Shown: one piece after another, positions 46,243 through 58,801 of the stretch
Position numbering within the stretch: position 1 is the stretch's first letter
Layout: each line of letters begins with the position of its first letter
Assembly (NCBI RefSeq): GCF_032444005.1
Contig: NC_091282.1
Location: forward strand, 470,456,001-470,520,000
DNA: 64,000 nucleotides
Source: Ranitomeya imitator
Lineage: Eukaryota
Direction: 5' to 3'
Notes under the pieces: model-generated
Told to the model about the DNA's origin: nothing
Databases searched by the model: none
The model's input: the letters and a program-made list of their open reading frames with translations, nothing else
Position numbers and translations under genes: made by a program

Positions 46243-47840
46243 CAGTGCCTTGCGAAAGTATTCGGCCCCCTGGAACTTTTCAACTTTTCCCACATATCAT
46301 GCATCAAACATAAAGATACCAAATGTAAATTTTTGGCAAATAATCAACAACAAGTGGAACACAATTGTGAAGTTGAACAAAATGTATTGCTTATTTTACA
46401 TTTTTGTGGAAATTGAAAAACTGAAAAGTGGGGCATGCAATATTAACGTAATACTTTGTTGCGCCACCTTTTGCTGCGATTACAGCTGCAAGTCGCTTGG
46501 GGTATGTCTGTATTGGTTTTGTAGATCGAGAGACTGAAATTCTTGCCCATTCTTCTTTAGCAAACAGCTCGAGCTCAGTGAGGTCTGATGGAGTTCGTTT
46601 GTGAACAGCAGTTTTCAGCTCTTTCCACAGATTCTCGATTGGATTGAGGTCTGGACTTTGACTTGGCCATTCTAACACCTGGATGCCTTTATTTGTGAAC
46701 CATTCCATTGTAGATTTTGCTTTATGTTTGGGATCATTGTCTTGTTGGAAGACAAATCTCCGTCCCAGTCTCAGGTCTTTTGCAGACTCCAACAGGTTTT
46801 CTTCAAGAATGGTCCTGTATTTGGCTCCATCCATCTTCCCATCAATTTTAATTATCTTCCCTGTCCATGCTGAAGAAAAGCAGGCCCAAACCATGATTCT
46901 GCCACCACCATGTTTGACTGTGGGGATGGGGTGTTCAGTGTGATGAGCTGTGTTGCCTTTACGCCAAGCATGTCATTTGGCATCGTTGCCAAAAAGTTTG
47001 ATTTTGGTTTCATCTGACCATAGCACCTTCTTCCACGCAATTGGTGTGTCTCCCAGGTGGCTTGTTGTAAACTCTAAACTACACTTTTTATCTTTGAGAA
47101 ATAGCTTTCTTCTTGCCACTCTTCCATAAAGACCCGATTTGTGCAGTGTACGACTGATTGTTGTCCTAAGGACAGACTGTCCGACCTCTGCTGTAGATCT
47201 CTGCAGTTCATCCAGAGTGAACACGGGCCTCTTGGCTGCATCTCTGATCAGTCTTCTCCTTGTTTGAGATGAAAATTTAGAGGCATGGCCGGGTCTTGGT
47301 AGATTTTCAGTGGTATGATACTCCTTCCATTTTAATATAATCACTTGCACAGTGCTCCTTGGGATGTTTAAACTTTTGGATATCATTTTGTATCCAAATC
47401 CGGCTTTAAACTTCTCCGCAACAGTATCACGGACCTGCCTGTTGTGTTGCTTGGTCTTCATGATGCTTTCTGTGCTTCAGACAGAACATTGAGACAATCA
47501 CAGAGCAGGTGCATTTATACTGAGATGTGATTACACACAGGTGGATTATAATTATCATCATTAGGCATTTAGGACAACATTGGATCATTCAGAGATCCAC
47601 AAAGAACTTCTGGAGTGAGTTTGCTGCACTGAAAGTAAAGGGGCACACCCCACTTTTCAGTTTTTGAATTTTCACAAATATTTAAAATAACCAATAAATT
47701 TTGTTCAATTTCACAATTGTGTTCCACTTTTTGTTGATTCTTCACAAAACAATTTACGTTTGATATCTTTATGTTTGAAGCCTGATATGTGGGAAAAGGT
47801 TGAAAAGTTCCAGGGGACCGAATACTTTCGCAAGGCACTG
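46243..47840 (-). mobile_element. Full-length Tc1 transposon, frameshifted transposase
   Basis: TA|CAGTGCCTTGCGAAAGTATTCGG TIRs; ORF fragments 46973-47461 (to WSDETK) and 46391-46894 ([20 protein letters not shown]). Confidence 0.93.
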
Positions 47841-49106
47841 TACATACGCTATTACTCCCAACTTCCCTGGGTGGTGGAGGAGGACAGATAAAGGACTGAT
47901 TTAGGAGGTTAGCAAGGTATGTGGCCCCTGCTTCTTCACTATAAGAAGTAATCTGGTGAGCAGGGATAGCTAGGATGCCCCAGCATTAGGGACAGGTAAG
48001 GAGAAAATCTGTGTCTTAGCCCCTACCTCATGCTGTCCACAGATTACATAGCAAAAACCTGCTGACAGATTGCCCTTAAGTATATGTGACATGATTAGTG
48101 AGTAGAAATGAGCCCAACTCCCAAAATTTGTTTTGAGGAGATTTGAGTCAAATTTTCATCAGAGTTGACTTGATAAGAAAAAAAATTGGTTGGAATAAAA
48201 TCTGACCTGAAAATACTTTTTGTTATGCTTTTAGGTCTTCCCACACTGGAAAATGATTAAATATATACAGTATTTCCTTTCAGAAACAAATTAATAGGCA
48301 ATCTATTATGCTGTACTTTTGGACACACCAGAAGAGTCATATAACATTAGCAAGCTTATGGTTAGCAAGGTGCTTGTGGCCATGCCTTACATACTGTTCG
48401 TAAATCTGTGTCCATTCTTAGGAACGTACTACTATGTCCACTGACATGAAAGGAATAAACAGCCTTTGATAGCAAGTCAAATGAGCAAAATATTTCTCCT
48501 ATCAAAATGTGTCATATTCCCTAGGCAACAATATAAAAAGAATGTGTATACTCTCGCCAATTTTTATAGCTACTTAATACTTGACCCTGTGAGGCTAAAA
48601 AATCAGACATTATCAATAGTTTTTCTAAATTGGCAGAATAGCTAATAAATGTGGTTTTCGTTGCTATTTTGTGGCTTGTAAATGTGTTTTCTAAAATGGA
48701 ATATTTTGTTTTCTTATACTAATCGATTGCATGGTTTTATTTGGGTGTTACAGTGCTGTACAAACGATAGTTCTGCGGTTATTTCACTTTATTTTTTACA
48801 GTCCTTTTTTATATATTTATAATTTGTCATAAAACAATCTTTATGTTTGCCATAAAAAGATGCAATTGCATATAGTAATTATGTTGCAGGAAAGCAGGAT
48901 CGAAGTGTTACTTTAAAGTTATAGTTCCGCAAATACAGGAACTCGAGTGAGACAATGATAGACTGTCCAGAATATCTTCAACTCGGTTTTTAGCTGTTAA
49001 TACTTTGTTATTTTTAGGTCAAACTTCTGAGATGGTGATTATCTTCACTGTTTATTTATATAGTTGTTTTATCCGTAATAATTTTATTTTTTGTTTTGGT
49101 TTTACC

Positions 49107-49377
49107 NNNNNNNNNNNNNNNNNNNNNNNNNNNNNNNNNNNNNNNNNNNNNNNNNNNNNNNNNNNNNNNNNNNNNNNNNNNNNNNNNNNNNNNNNNNNNN
49201 NNNNNNNNNNNNNNNNNNNNNNNNNNNNNNNNNNNNNNNNNNNNNNNNNNNNNNNNNNNNNNNNNNNNNNNNNNNNNNNNNNNNNNNNNNNNNNNNNNNN
49301 NNNNNNNNNNNNNNNNNNNNNNNNNNNNNNNNNNNNNNNNNNNNNNNNNNNNNNNNNNNNNNNNNNNNNNNNNNNNN
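49107..49377. other. Assembly gap (271 N)
   Basis: Run of N characters. Confidence 1.
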
Positions 49378-51471
49378 CACTGTAACTGTACCTGCACAGT
49401 TCCAAACATTAGCTGGCTCATTGACAATTGTTACTACTAGGGCTGTGCTGGTCTAGTTAGATTAAGCTGCTTCTGCGTGTGCCAGGATCCCAGTGATCTT
49501 GTCATCAGTCACAGGTGAACAGCTCCAATTGACTAAGCTGTGTGATTAATCAGGTAGCTGTCAGAAACCTGCAATGTAAATGTGCAATGACAATTACCAA
49601 GATTCCCATTTTATAGACATTATCGGTGGTCTTAAAGTGGTAAGCAAAATAAAATTGTTACATTCGCTTTCAAAATAATATTTCCCCATCAACTAATCAG
49701 GATAACTAAAAAAAATTATATGTAAATAAATGATTTTAATGTTCACCCTTTTAAAAAAATATATTTAGAGGTTTTGCTTTGTCAGAGACGTTAGCCAAGG
49801 CTTCCAAATATTGTCACATTTTCTAAGTTTTAAAATATGCAATCTTGGAAAAACACCAATGTAATTTGGAAGCAATATTTAATGTCAAATCAAGAAGTGT
49901 ATCCAGCAAGAAGGAGAAGTGTAAGTCCTTCATTTATATTTTTATTTCTTTCAAATTTATTTTTGGCTTTTGGCAGAAAAAATGTTTTTATGGCCTATTT
50001 CTTCAGCATGATGAAATGTCACAGAAAAATTAGTTAACTAGATACATTGAGTCAGTGCATGAGTATAACCAGAAAACCAGAAAACAATGAGATCATTTGG
50101 TTAAATTATAATATTTTCCTTGATTATTCAAGTTTAAAGTATTGAAAATTGAACAAAAACTTAATGTAATCCTGCTTAGATAATGTCACACTATGTAGGA
50201 ACATACCTTAACCCCTTCACTCCGCAGCCCTTTTTCATTTTTGCATTTTCGTTTTTTCGCTCCCCTCTTTCCCAGAGCCATAATTTTTTTATTTTTCTGT
50301 CAACATGGTCATGTGAGGGCTTATTTTTTGCGGGACGAGTTGTCCTTTTGAACAACACCATTGGTTTTACCTTGCCTTGTACTAGAAAATGGGAAAAAAT
50401 ATTCCAAGTGTGGTGAAATTGCAAAAAAAGTGCAATCCCAAACTTGTTTTTTGTTTTGGTTCACTAAATGCTAAGACTGACGTTATATTGTGATTCTCCA
50501 GGTCATTACTGGTTCATAGACACCTAACATGTCTAGATTATGTTTTATCTAAGTGGTGAAAAAAATTCCAAACTTTGCTATAAAAAAGCGCCATTTTCCA
50601 ATACCCGTAGTGTCTCCATTTTTCATGATCTGGAGTCGGTTGAGGGCTTATTTTTTGCGTGCCGAGCTGATGTTTTTAATGACCCTACATTTGTGCAGAT
50701 ACGTTCTTTTGATCGCCCGTTATTGCATTTTAATGCAATGTCGCGGCGACCAAAAAAACATAATTCTGGGGTTTCAAATTTTTTTCTCGCTATGCTGTTT
50801 AGTGATCAGGTTAATGCTTCTTTTTATTGATAGATCGGGCGATTCTGAATGCGGAGATACCAAATATGTGTAGGTTTGATTTTTTTTTTTTTTATTTTGG
50901 ATGGGGTGAAAGAGGGTGATTTAAACTTTTATATTTTTTTTCTTTTATTCATATTTTTTTAAATATTTTTTAACTTTTGCCAAGCTTCAATAGCTTCCAT
51001 GGGTGGCTAGAAGCTGACACCACTCGATCGGCTCAGCTATATAGCAGCGATCATCACTGCTATGTAGCTGAAATTCAGGCTTGCTATGAGCGCTGCCCTA
51101 TCATGTGACGGGGTCGACCATGCACTCATTTCCGGCTGCGCGGCCTGAAGCGGTAGTTAAATGCTGCTGTCAGCATTTGACATCGGCATTTAACAGGTTA
51201 ATAGCAGCAGGTGAATCGCCATTTCACCCGCCGCTATTGCGCGCACATGTCAGCTGTACAAAACAGCTGACATGTCGTGACTTTGATGTGGGCTCACCGC
51301 CGGAGCCCACATCAAAGGCTGGGGACACACACAACGTATTTAAAAACGGTCCGTTTTTGACGGACGAGAATCGCACAAATTTTTACAAAACAGTGATCCG
51401 TGTGCAGTGCGAGGATGCGATTTTCTCGCATCAAATGATCCGTTTGACATCCGTGTGACATCCATGTAGGT

Positions 51472-52134
51472 AAGCCGCCAGGTTCAGGGACCCAATTCTA
51501 TAATTATAAACAGTTTTTCTCTGTAGTGCTGTTGGCCCTAGTCGACAGCAACTACAGGTTTATAATTGTAGATATTGGGGCCTATGGGAGAACTGGAGAC
51601 TCTAGAGTCTTCAGTTCTTCCATTATGGGTCGGCGGCTGCGCAACAATGAATTGGATCTCCCACCCCCAAGTCACATACCAGGGGCTAATTTGGATGCGG
51701 TCCCTTACATGATGGTTGCAGATGAGGCCTTTCAATTATCAAGGAACGTCATGAGACCCTATCCACGGAGAGGCCTGGACTACCGGTGCAGAATCTTTAA
51801 TTTGCGTCTTTCCCGTGCCCGCCATCTGGTCGAGTGTTCATTCGGCATTCTCAGTGCAAAATGGCGGGTCCTTCAGTCTGCAATCCAACTGAGTGAAGGC
51901 AATGTAAATGGCGTGATTAAAGCATGTGTTGTTCTTCACAACTTTACAAGAGACCATGATTGCCCATCATCTGCTGCAGATGACATTGATTATGCAAATA
52001 CTGTCTTGACAACTACACGTGTTCGTCCTTCACGTCGTCAGCCCTCTGGCCTAAAAGTTCGGGATGTTTTAACCAATTTTTTTGTGTCACCAGAGGGATC
52101 TACGGTTTGGCAAGACAATGCTGTTTTGCCTTAA
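51472..52134 (+). pseudogene. Harbinger (HARBI1-like DDE_Tnp_4) transposase, N-terminal half deleted
   Basis: KPPGSGTQFYNYKQFFSVVLLALVDSNYRF...GRTGDSRVF...VADEAFQL...RIFNLRLSRARHLVECSFGILSAKWR...ACVVLHNF. Confidence 0.88.
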
Positions 52135-52443
52135 TTTTATTTTAGATTGTAAGTTAATAAATCACATAATTTGCTTCAGAAATTGGTGTAATATGTATCT
52201 GATGATGAAAAGATGTAAGTGTGTAAAGTTGACAAATCATGTATGTAGCTGGACCAAGACATAAGACTCTGTTTTCCGAACAAATTTTTACTGCTCAGAG
52301 CATATATATGTATTCAAACAACATATTTCCTTTCTCATATGTAATTTGAGAAAAATAAACAACACAGCTTTACATGCCTTGGTCACAAAAAACTAAGGCC
52401 AACAAAAAGCCAAAATGACAGCCAAAATATAACATCCAAAACA

Positions 52444-54130
52444 TTACAGGTTATGGTAGGTTGGGGGTGGTGATGGTGATGGCGGGTGTCCAGCATGTGC
52501 GGAACTTGGCCTGGGTGGTTGACCAACCACTCTGTCTACCTGTGTTAGTGCAGATATAAATTGCGGGTGTTGCTGCAAGTTGCGATCATGTGTATGAGCT
52601 AACACTTGATGTTGAGGGTAGAAGGGCATCAAGTCCTGGGTACTGGATTGACCCATTTGGTCAGAACCCCCAATATGGCCATGTCGAGCAGACACATGTT
52701 GGGACCAGCCTCCAAACATGTGTCTGTTCAAGTGGTCAGATTGGGGATGTGCTGGAAAATCATAACTACCCCTGTTTTGGGCTTGTTGTGTGGTTTGTGC
52801 AGGCTGTTGTTGGGGAGCTAGAGGTTGCGGGGGTGGTGCTGACACAGTTTGTGATTGGTCCTGTGGAAGGTCTTGCACCGCCAGAAGGTTTGTAGATGAC
52901 ATTTGCCACCGTTCCAGATAATTAAAGATATTAGTGGGGTTGTTTGGGGGTGTTGCCGCATCTAGCAAAATTTGGATGCAACCTCTGGTCCGCAGCCTGA
53001 GCGAGCGGGGAATGGGCCGTAAATAGCGGGCAAGACTGCGGAAGTAAGCTTCCTCCCCATCATCATTGGCAGCTCGGGACAAATAGTCCAACACCCCGGT
53101 ATCAACTTGCCTCCTGGTGCCAATGTTCAAAGCCACCCTTCTGCGACGACCACGGTTTGGTCTGGTAGTAGGCTATGATGATGTATCCAGAGCCAATGTT
53201 GGACTGCTGCTCTGGCCTCCTTCATCAACCTCAGGATTTGCCTCCTGTGGAGCGGAAGACGCTGCTGCTGGTTGTGGTGGTGGGTGGTTGCTGCCTGCTG
53301 CTTGCCCAGATGGTCCAGCCATTTCTGCATCTTCAGCAACAGGGTCAATCAGCAACTCTGAGTCAGATCCAGTCTCTCTTTCAGTCAGATTTGACTCTGT
53401 TCTGTATTTCACAAAAGATTATTTATATTAAAAAATACCTACATATTCACATCATAAGATGTGTAACATATTTGTAGACATGCATGCACTTACGGTCATA
53501 GCTCCATCACCGGGGCAAGAAAATTTAGACGGTCATAATAAAGGTATTTCCTTTTTTGGGGGGCTGCATCACCACTCCGACCAGAAAGTTGTCGTTCACT
53601 GCGGTATTGGTCCCGGCAACTCCGCCAGCGTCTATTTACATCATTGACTGCAAATATACAAAATATTTGATATAAATATCACACACAAACAGTTACAGGG
53701 TTTGCAATAACACATGGGCCCAGGAGGCTAGGGGGACATAAAATTCCTTTGGCCCTATATTAACGGACTATAGCTAAAATAATTTCAATCCATATTTGTG
53801 TCTCTTGGTAATGTTTTTGCATCTTCAACCAAGAGCATGGATGATTTACTCCCATCATAAACAAAACACATATGATGGTTTCAGGCTTATTTTTTTATCA
53901 TGAAAAATCAAATAATAAACATCATTTTTTGGTGAAGAATGGTACTTACATATTTCTTGCTGAACCTCTTGAGGTCGCTCATCAAAATCGGGGAACATGT
54001 GGCGACATATTGCCCTCCATGCTGCGTCTTTACGTGCACGGTCCGCATAATGTGCGTCGCGTTGGTCCCATAATTCGGGCCTATCATGGACCAGAGCAAT
54101 GAGCATCTCCACATTAATATGCCTGGCCAT
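52444..54130 (-). pseudogene. Harbinger Myb/SANT-like (MADF) protein gene, 3 exons, two nonsense codons
   Basis: Exons 54130-53950, 53647-53494 and 53401-52444 have GT-AG boundaries and join in frame (1293 nt). MADF motif LIALVHDRPELWD...RKDAAWRAIC...RRWRSCRDQY; in-frame TGA at 53498-53496 and TAG at 53175-53173. Confidence 0.8.
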
Positions 54131-56149
54131 GCTGCTACAACAGAACACTCCGTGGAGGCGTGCTTCCTGGTTTGCAATCCAGCGTGGGCCAGAAATTAGC
54201 ATGCCAAAGCTTCCTGATAATGGATGATTCAATTTCCTGTCACCTGGAGAAGTCTTCCGTATTTCTCGCAATGCACACGCATGGTCCGTATGTAATCCGA
54301 TTTTTTCTCGCACCCATAGACTTGCATTGGCGATTCTCGGCCGAGATACGCTGACAATCGCAGCATGCTGAGATTTCACTCGGATCCGGAATACGGCCGA
54401 GAAAATATCGGATGATGGGAGCTGCCCCATAGATTAACATTGGGACGAGTGCTATGCGATTTTTTAGCGCACTGCACTCGTCCGTAATGCGGTCTAGTGT
54501 GACCCCGGCCAAAGGGGGAGACACGACATGCGCTGTACTAGTACAGGGCATGTCGTGAAGGGGTTAATGACAAATAGAATGATAACATCAGATATCAATA
54601 TAGTTATACATTTCCAGGCATAGTACCATTCAGGGTTTTAAAAACGGAAACGTTGTTATTGTCTAGTTATTTTCTAAAACATACAGGTTATGGAAAAAGA
54701 CAAGTCATCTTCAGCAATGTATGGAATGGAAACTATGAACAAAGATAAGGACAGTTCTCCATTCCTTGTGTATGTAACAAAATTCTATTGATTACTGTAC
54801 ATATGAAGGTAATTTTACAAGGCATAAATTCTATTTGAACATTCAGAGAGCTTATATTCCTGTGGAGAAAAATGATCCACGGTATTGTATTTGTGAACTG
54901 CATAAGTTCAAGCAGGGTGCAGCACTATAAATCTTTGAAATAAAAACCAAAGGGCAGTGTGGAAAGAAGAAGAATCACATATCACAAATAGTTACGAAGA
55001 GGGTAAATATCAGAGTCTTTATGCTGGATTTATTGCTTAATGTTAAAACAAGTAGCCTGGCAGTACATTGCCATGGCACATAGTATAACATTTTCCAGAC
55101 TCTGTCTCACATAGATACACTGAAGTAAAGGAATTTATTGAGTACCGAGACCCGGCAGGTCACAATAAATTTTGTTTAAGACTTGAAATAATTTTGTTTG
55201 CTGAAAAGCAAGGTGCTAAAAAATGGCAAGCTACTGTTTTTTTCAAACATATAGTTAATAGATGTTTCTAGTTATTATTCTAATTTGTTATAAAACAAAG
55301 AAACTTAAAAAAAGAAGGAAAATAAGTTCTCCTTTTGTGGTAGACCAGCAGAGTCTACCCTGATATCATCAAAAATACTTTCAAAACAGTCAGAAATGGC
55401 ATTATTAATTGAAATATCCTTCAGCTTAAAGGTCATGTAATGCCTCTATTTTTTGTATATTGCACATTATAATGAGAAGGAATCTTGTCGAACGGTTAAT
55501 AGAATTCATAAGTGTGCTTTGCAATAAGCACTTGGAGTATAAGAAGCAAAAGGCAAAAATAATCATTGAATTTTATAGTACAATTTTCTAGACATCTGTG
55601 ATCTGAGCACTTTTACTATGCAAGGTGGAGGAGGTGAGCTGTGGTGGTCACCTATTGTGAACGTAATGATTAGAGATGAGCAAACCCGAACTTACAAGCT
55701 CTGCGTTCATATCAGACAGTGTCTGGTGCTAAACACTGAGCACGAACTTTCCCTGTAAGTCAGTTGCAATGTTCGGAGTTCTGGGGAGAGAGAAATAGAT
55801 TTTTCTTACCCAGATCCAAAATGTTTGTTCAAGTTCAGGTACAGTCCTGGTACCTGAACTGAACTTTGGGATAAAGTTTTAATCAGGTACCAAAACCTGA
55901 GTTTCCATGGTTCTGGTAAAAAAAATAATTGAAACAATAGGTAATTTTTTGATGTCTCATTGTTTTAAAGAAGATACTCACACTTTAGATATGTGAATAT
56001 GTATCCATGAAACAAGCCTTTTATTTCTAAAAAATGGGGTTCTATCAATCTCCATACCTTGGTTCCCTGATTATCATTTCTCCTGGTTGTGACAGCAACT
56101 GTGAATGTAAAGGTGGTTTCAGACAGTTGTGCTCAAACGTTGACATACC

Positions 56150-56570
56150 CCGGCAGAATTTTTGTTTTCTTGTCCTTTTTTTCCGAGAATATGAATAATA
56201 ACACCAAAACTTTTTCTCCACTCATGGTTAGTGGTTGGGTGAAGCCATTTATTGTCAAACTACTGTGCTTTCTCTTTTTAAATCAAAATGACAACCCAAA
56301 ACATCCAAACGACCCTGATCAAAAGTGTGCATACCCCATTTCTTAAAACCGTATATTGCCCCTTCTAACATCAATAACAGCTTGAAGTCTTTTGTGGTAG
56401 TTGTGGATGAGGTTCTTTATTTTCTCAGATGGTAAAGCTGCCCACTCTTCTTGGCAAAAAGCTTCCAGTTCCTGTAAATTCCCTGGCTGTCTAGCATGAA
56501 CTGGCCAAGAAAGCAAAAAGGCGAAGAAAGCAAAAATTCTGCCATGGTATGTAAACTTTTGACCATAAGT
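56150..56570 (-). mobile_element. Tc1 fragment (transposase C-terminus and a terminus)
   Basis: The - strand reads QPGNLQELEAFCQEEWAALPSEKIKNLIHNYHKRLQAVI; TIR-like GTATGTAAACTTTTGACC near 56547. Confidence 0.6.
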
Positions 56571-56573
56571 GTA

Positions 56574-58179
56574 CAGTGGGGCAAAAAAGTATTTAGTCAG
56601 TCAGCAATAGTGCAAGTTCCACCACTTAAAAAGATGAGAGGCGTCTGTAATTTACATCATAGGTAGACCTCAACTATGGGAGACAAACTGAGAAAAAAAA
56701 ATCCAGAAAATCACATTGTCTGTTTTTTTATCATTTTTTTTGCATATTATGGTGGAAAATAAGTATTTGGTCAGAAACAAACAACCAAGATTTCTGGCTC
56801 TCACAGACCTGTAACTTCTTCTTTAAGAGTCTCCTCTTTCCTCCACTCATTACCTGTAGGAATGGCACCTGTTTAAACTTGTTATCAGTATAAAAAGACA
56901 CCTGTGCACACCCTCAAACAGTCTGACTCCAAACTCCACTATGGTGAAGACCAAAGAGCTGTCAAAGGACACCAGAAACAAAATTGTAGCCCTGCACCAG
57001 GCTGGGAAGACTGAATCTGCAATAGCCAACCAGCTTGGAGTGAAGAAATCAACAGTGGGAGCTATAATTAGAAAATGGAAGACATACAAGACCACTGATA
57101 ATCTCCCTTGATCTGGGGCTCCACGCAAAATCCCACCCCGTGGGGTCAGAATGATCACAAGAACGGTGAGCAAAAATCCCAGAACCACGCGGGGGGACCT
57201 AGTGAATGAACTGCAGAGAGCTGGGACCAATGTAACAAGGCCTACCATAAGTAACACACTACGCCACCATGGACTCAGATCCTGCAGTGCCAGACGTGTC
57301 CCACTCCTTAAGCCAGTACATGTCCGGGCCCGTCTGAAGTTTGCTAGAGAGCATTTGGATGATCCAGAGGAGTTTTGGGAGAATGTCCTATGGTCTGATG
57401 AAACCAAACTGGAACTGTTTGGTAGAAACACAACTTGTCGTGTTTGGAGGAAAAAGAATACTGAGTTGCATCCATCAAACACCATACCTACTGTAAAGCA
57501 TGGTGGTGGAAACATCTTGCTTTGGGGCTGTTTCTCTGCAAATGGGCCAGGATGACTGATCCGGGTGCATGAAAGAATGAATGGGGCCATGTATCGTGAG
57601 ATTTTGAGTGCAAACCTCCTTCCATCAGCAAGGGCATTGAAGATGAAACGTGGCTGGGTCTTTCAACATGACAATGATCCAAAGCACACTGCCAGGGCAA
57701 CGAAGGAGTGGCTTCGTAAGAAGCATTTCAAGGTCCTGGAGTGGCCTAGCCAGTCTCCAGATCTCAACCCTATAGAAAACCTTTGGAGGGAGTTGAAAGT
57801 CCGTGTTGCCAAGCGAAAAGCCAAAAACATCACTGCTCTAGAGGAGATCTGCATGGAGGAATGGGCCAACATACCAACAACAGTGTGTGGCAACCTTGTG
57901 AAGACTTACAGAAAACGTTTGACCTCTGTCATTGCCAACAAAGGATATATTACAAAGTATTGAGATGAAATTTTGTTTCTGACCAAATACTTATTTTCCA
58001 CCATAATATGCAAATAAAATGTTAAAAAAACAGACAATGTGATTTTCTGGATTTTTTTTTATCAGTTTGTCTCCCATAGTTGAGGTCTACCTATGATGTA
58101 AATTACAGACGCCTCTCATCTTTTTAAGTGGTGGAACTTGCACTATTGCTGACTGACTAAATACTTTTTTGCCCCACTG
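56574..58179 (+). mobile_element. Tc1 transposon, second copy of the 35475-37081 family; transposase (56941-57963) has two premature stops
   Basis: Same TIRs; TGA at 57109-57111 and 57553-57555 where the other copy has CGA (Arg). Confidence 0.95.
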
Positions 58180-58260
58180 TATATGGCATAACCTTTGACT
58201 ACGTCATATATGTTTTATATGAAGTTAATTTTTAAAACCTTGATCTACTTATGGAATCTA

Positions 58261-58801
58261 CAGCTCTGGCAAAAATTAAGAGACCACTGCAAAATGTTCA
58301 GTTTGTCTGATTTTTCTCTTCATGGGTATATTTTTTGAGTAAAATGTAAATTGTTCTTTTATTCTATAAACTTCTGACAACATATCTCCAAATTTCCAAG
58401 CAATAAATTTTGTAATTTTTTTTCTGAAAAGGAGAAATGGTCAAAATTGAAAAAAAAATAACCAGTGCTTTCAGACCTCAAATAATGCAAGGAAAACAAG
58501 TTCATAATCATTTAGAAACAACAATACTAATGTTTTAACTCAGGGAGAGTTCAGAAATCAATATTTTATGGAATAACTATGATTTTTAATCACAGCTTTC
58601 ATGAGTCTTGGCATGCTTTCCACCAGTCTTTCACACTGCTTCTGGCGCAAAAATTTAAGCAGTTCTTCTTTGTTTGATGGCTTGTGACTATCCATCATCC
58701 TCTTAATTACATTCCAAGGATTCACTGGGGTTCAGGTCTGGAGATTGGATTGCCCATGATAGGGTTTTGATGTGGTGGTCCCTTAATTTTTGCCTCAGCT
58801 G
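58261..58801 (-). mobile_element. Non-autonomous Tc1 deletion derivative (541 bp)
   Basis: TA-flanked CAGCTCTGGCAAAAATTAAG ends; reverse-complement match to 41698-43010 minus the MITE. Confidence 0.88.

Larger units (their letters stand above)
51317..54510. mobile_element. PIF/Harbinger transposon, internally deleted, two convergent genes
   Basis: Ends GGCTGGGGACACAC / GTGTGACCCCGGCC; 3-bp AAA on both flanks; transposase remnant (+) and MADF gene (-). Confidence 0.88.
50212..54563 (+). mobile_element. piggyBac-like non-autonomous element hosting a Harbinger insertion
   Basis: TTAA|CCCCTTCAC ... GTGAAGGGG|TTAA (TTAA at 50208-50211 and 54564-54567). Confidence 0.85.

Noticed and set aside
49005-49456. 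ORFs with long X runs
   Set aside because: Created by the N gap.
54687-54770. Possible exon after ...ATACAG reading VMEKDKSSSAMYGMETMNKDKDSSPFL
   Set aside because: Splice-like dinucleotides are common, and the peptide is not recognisable.
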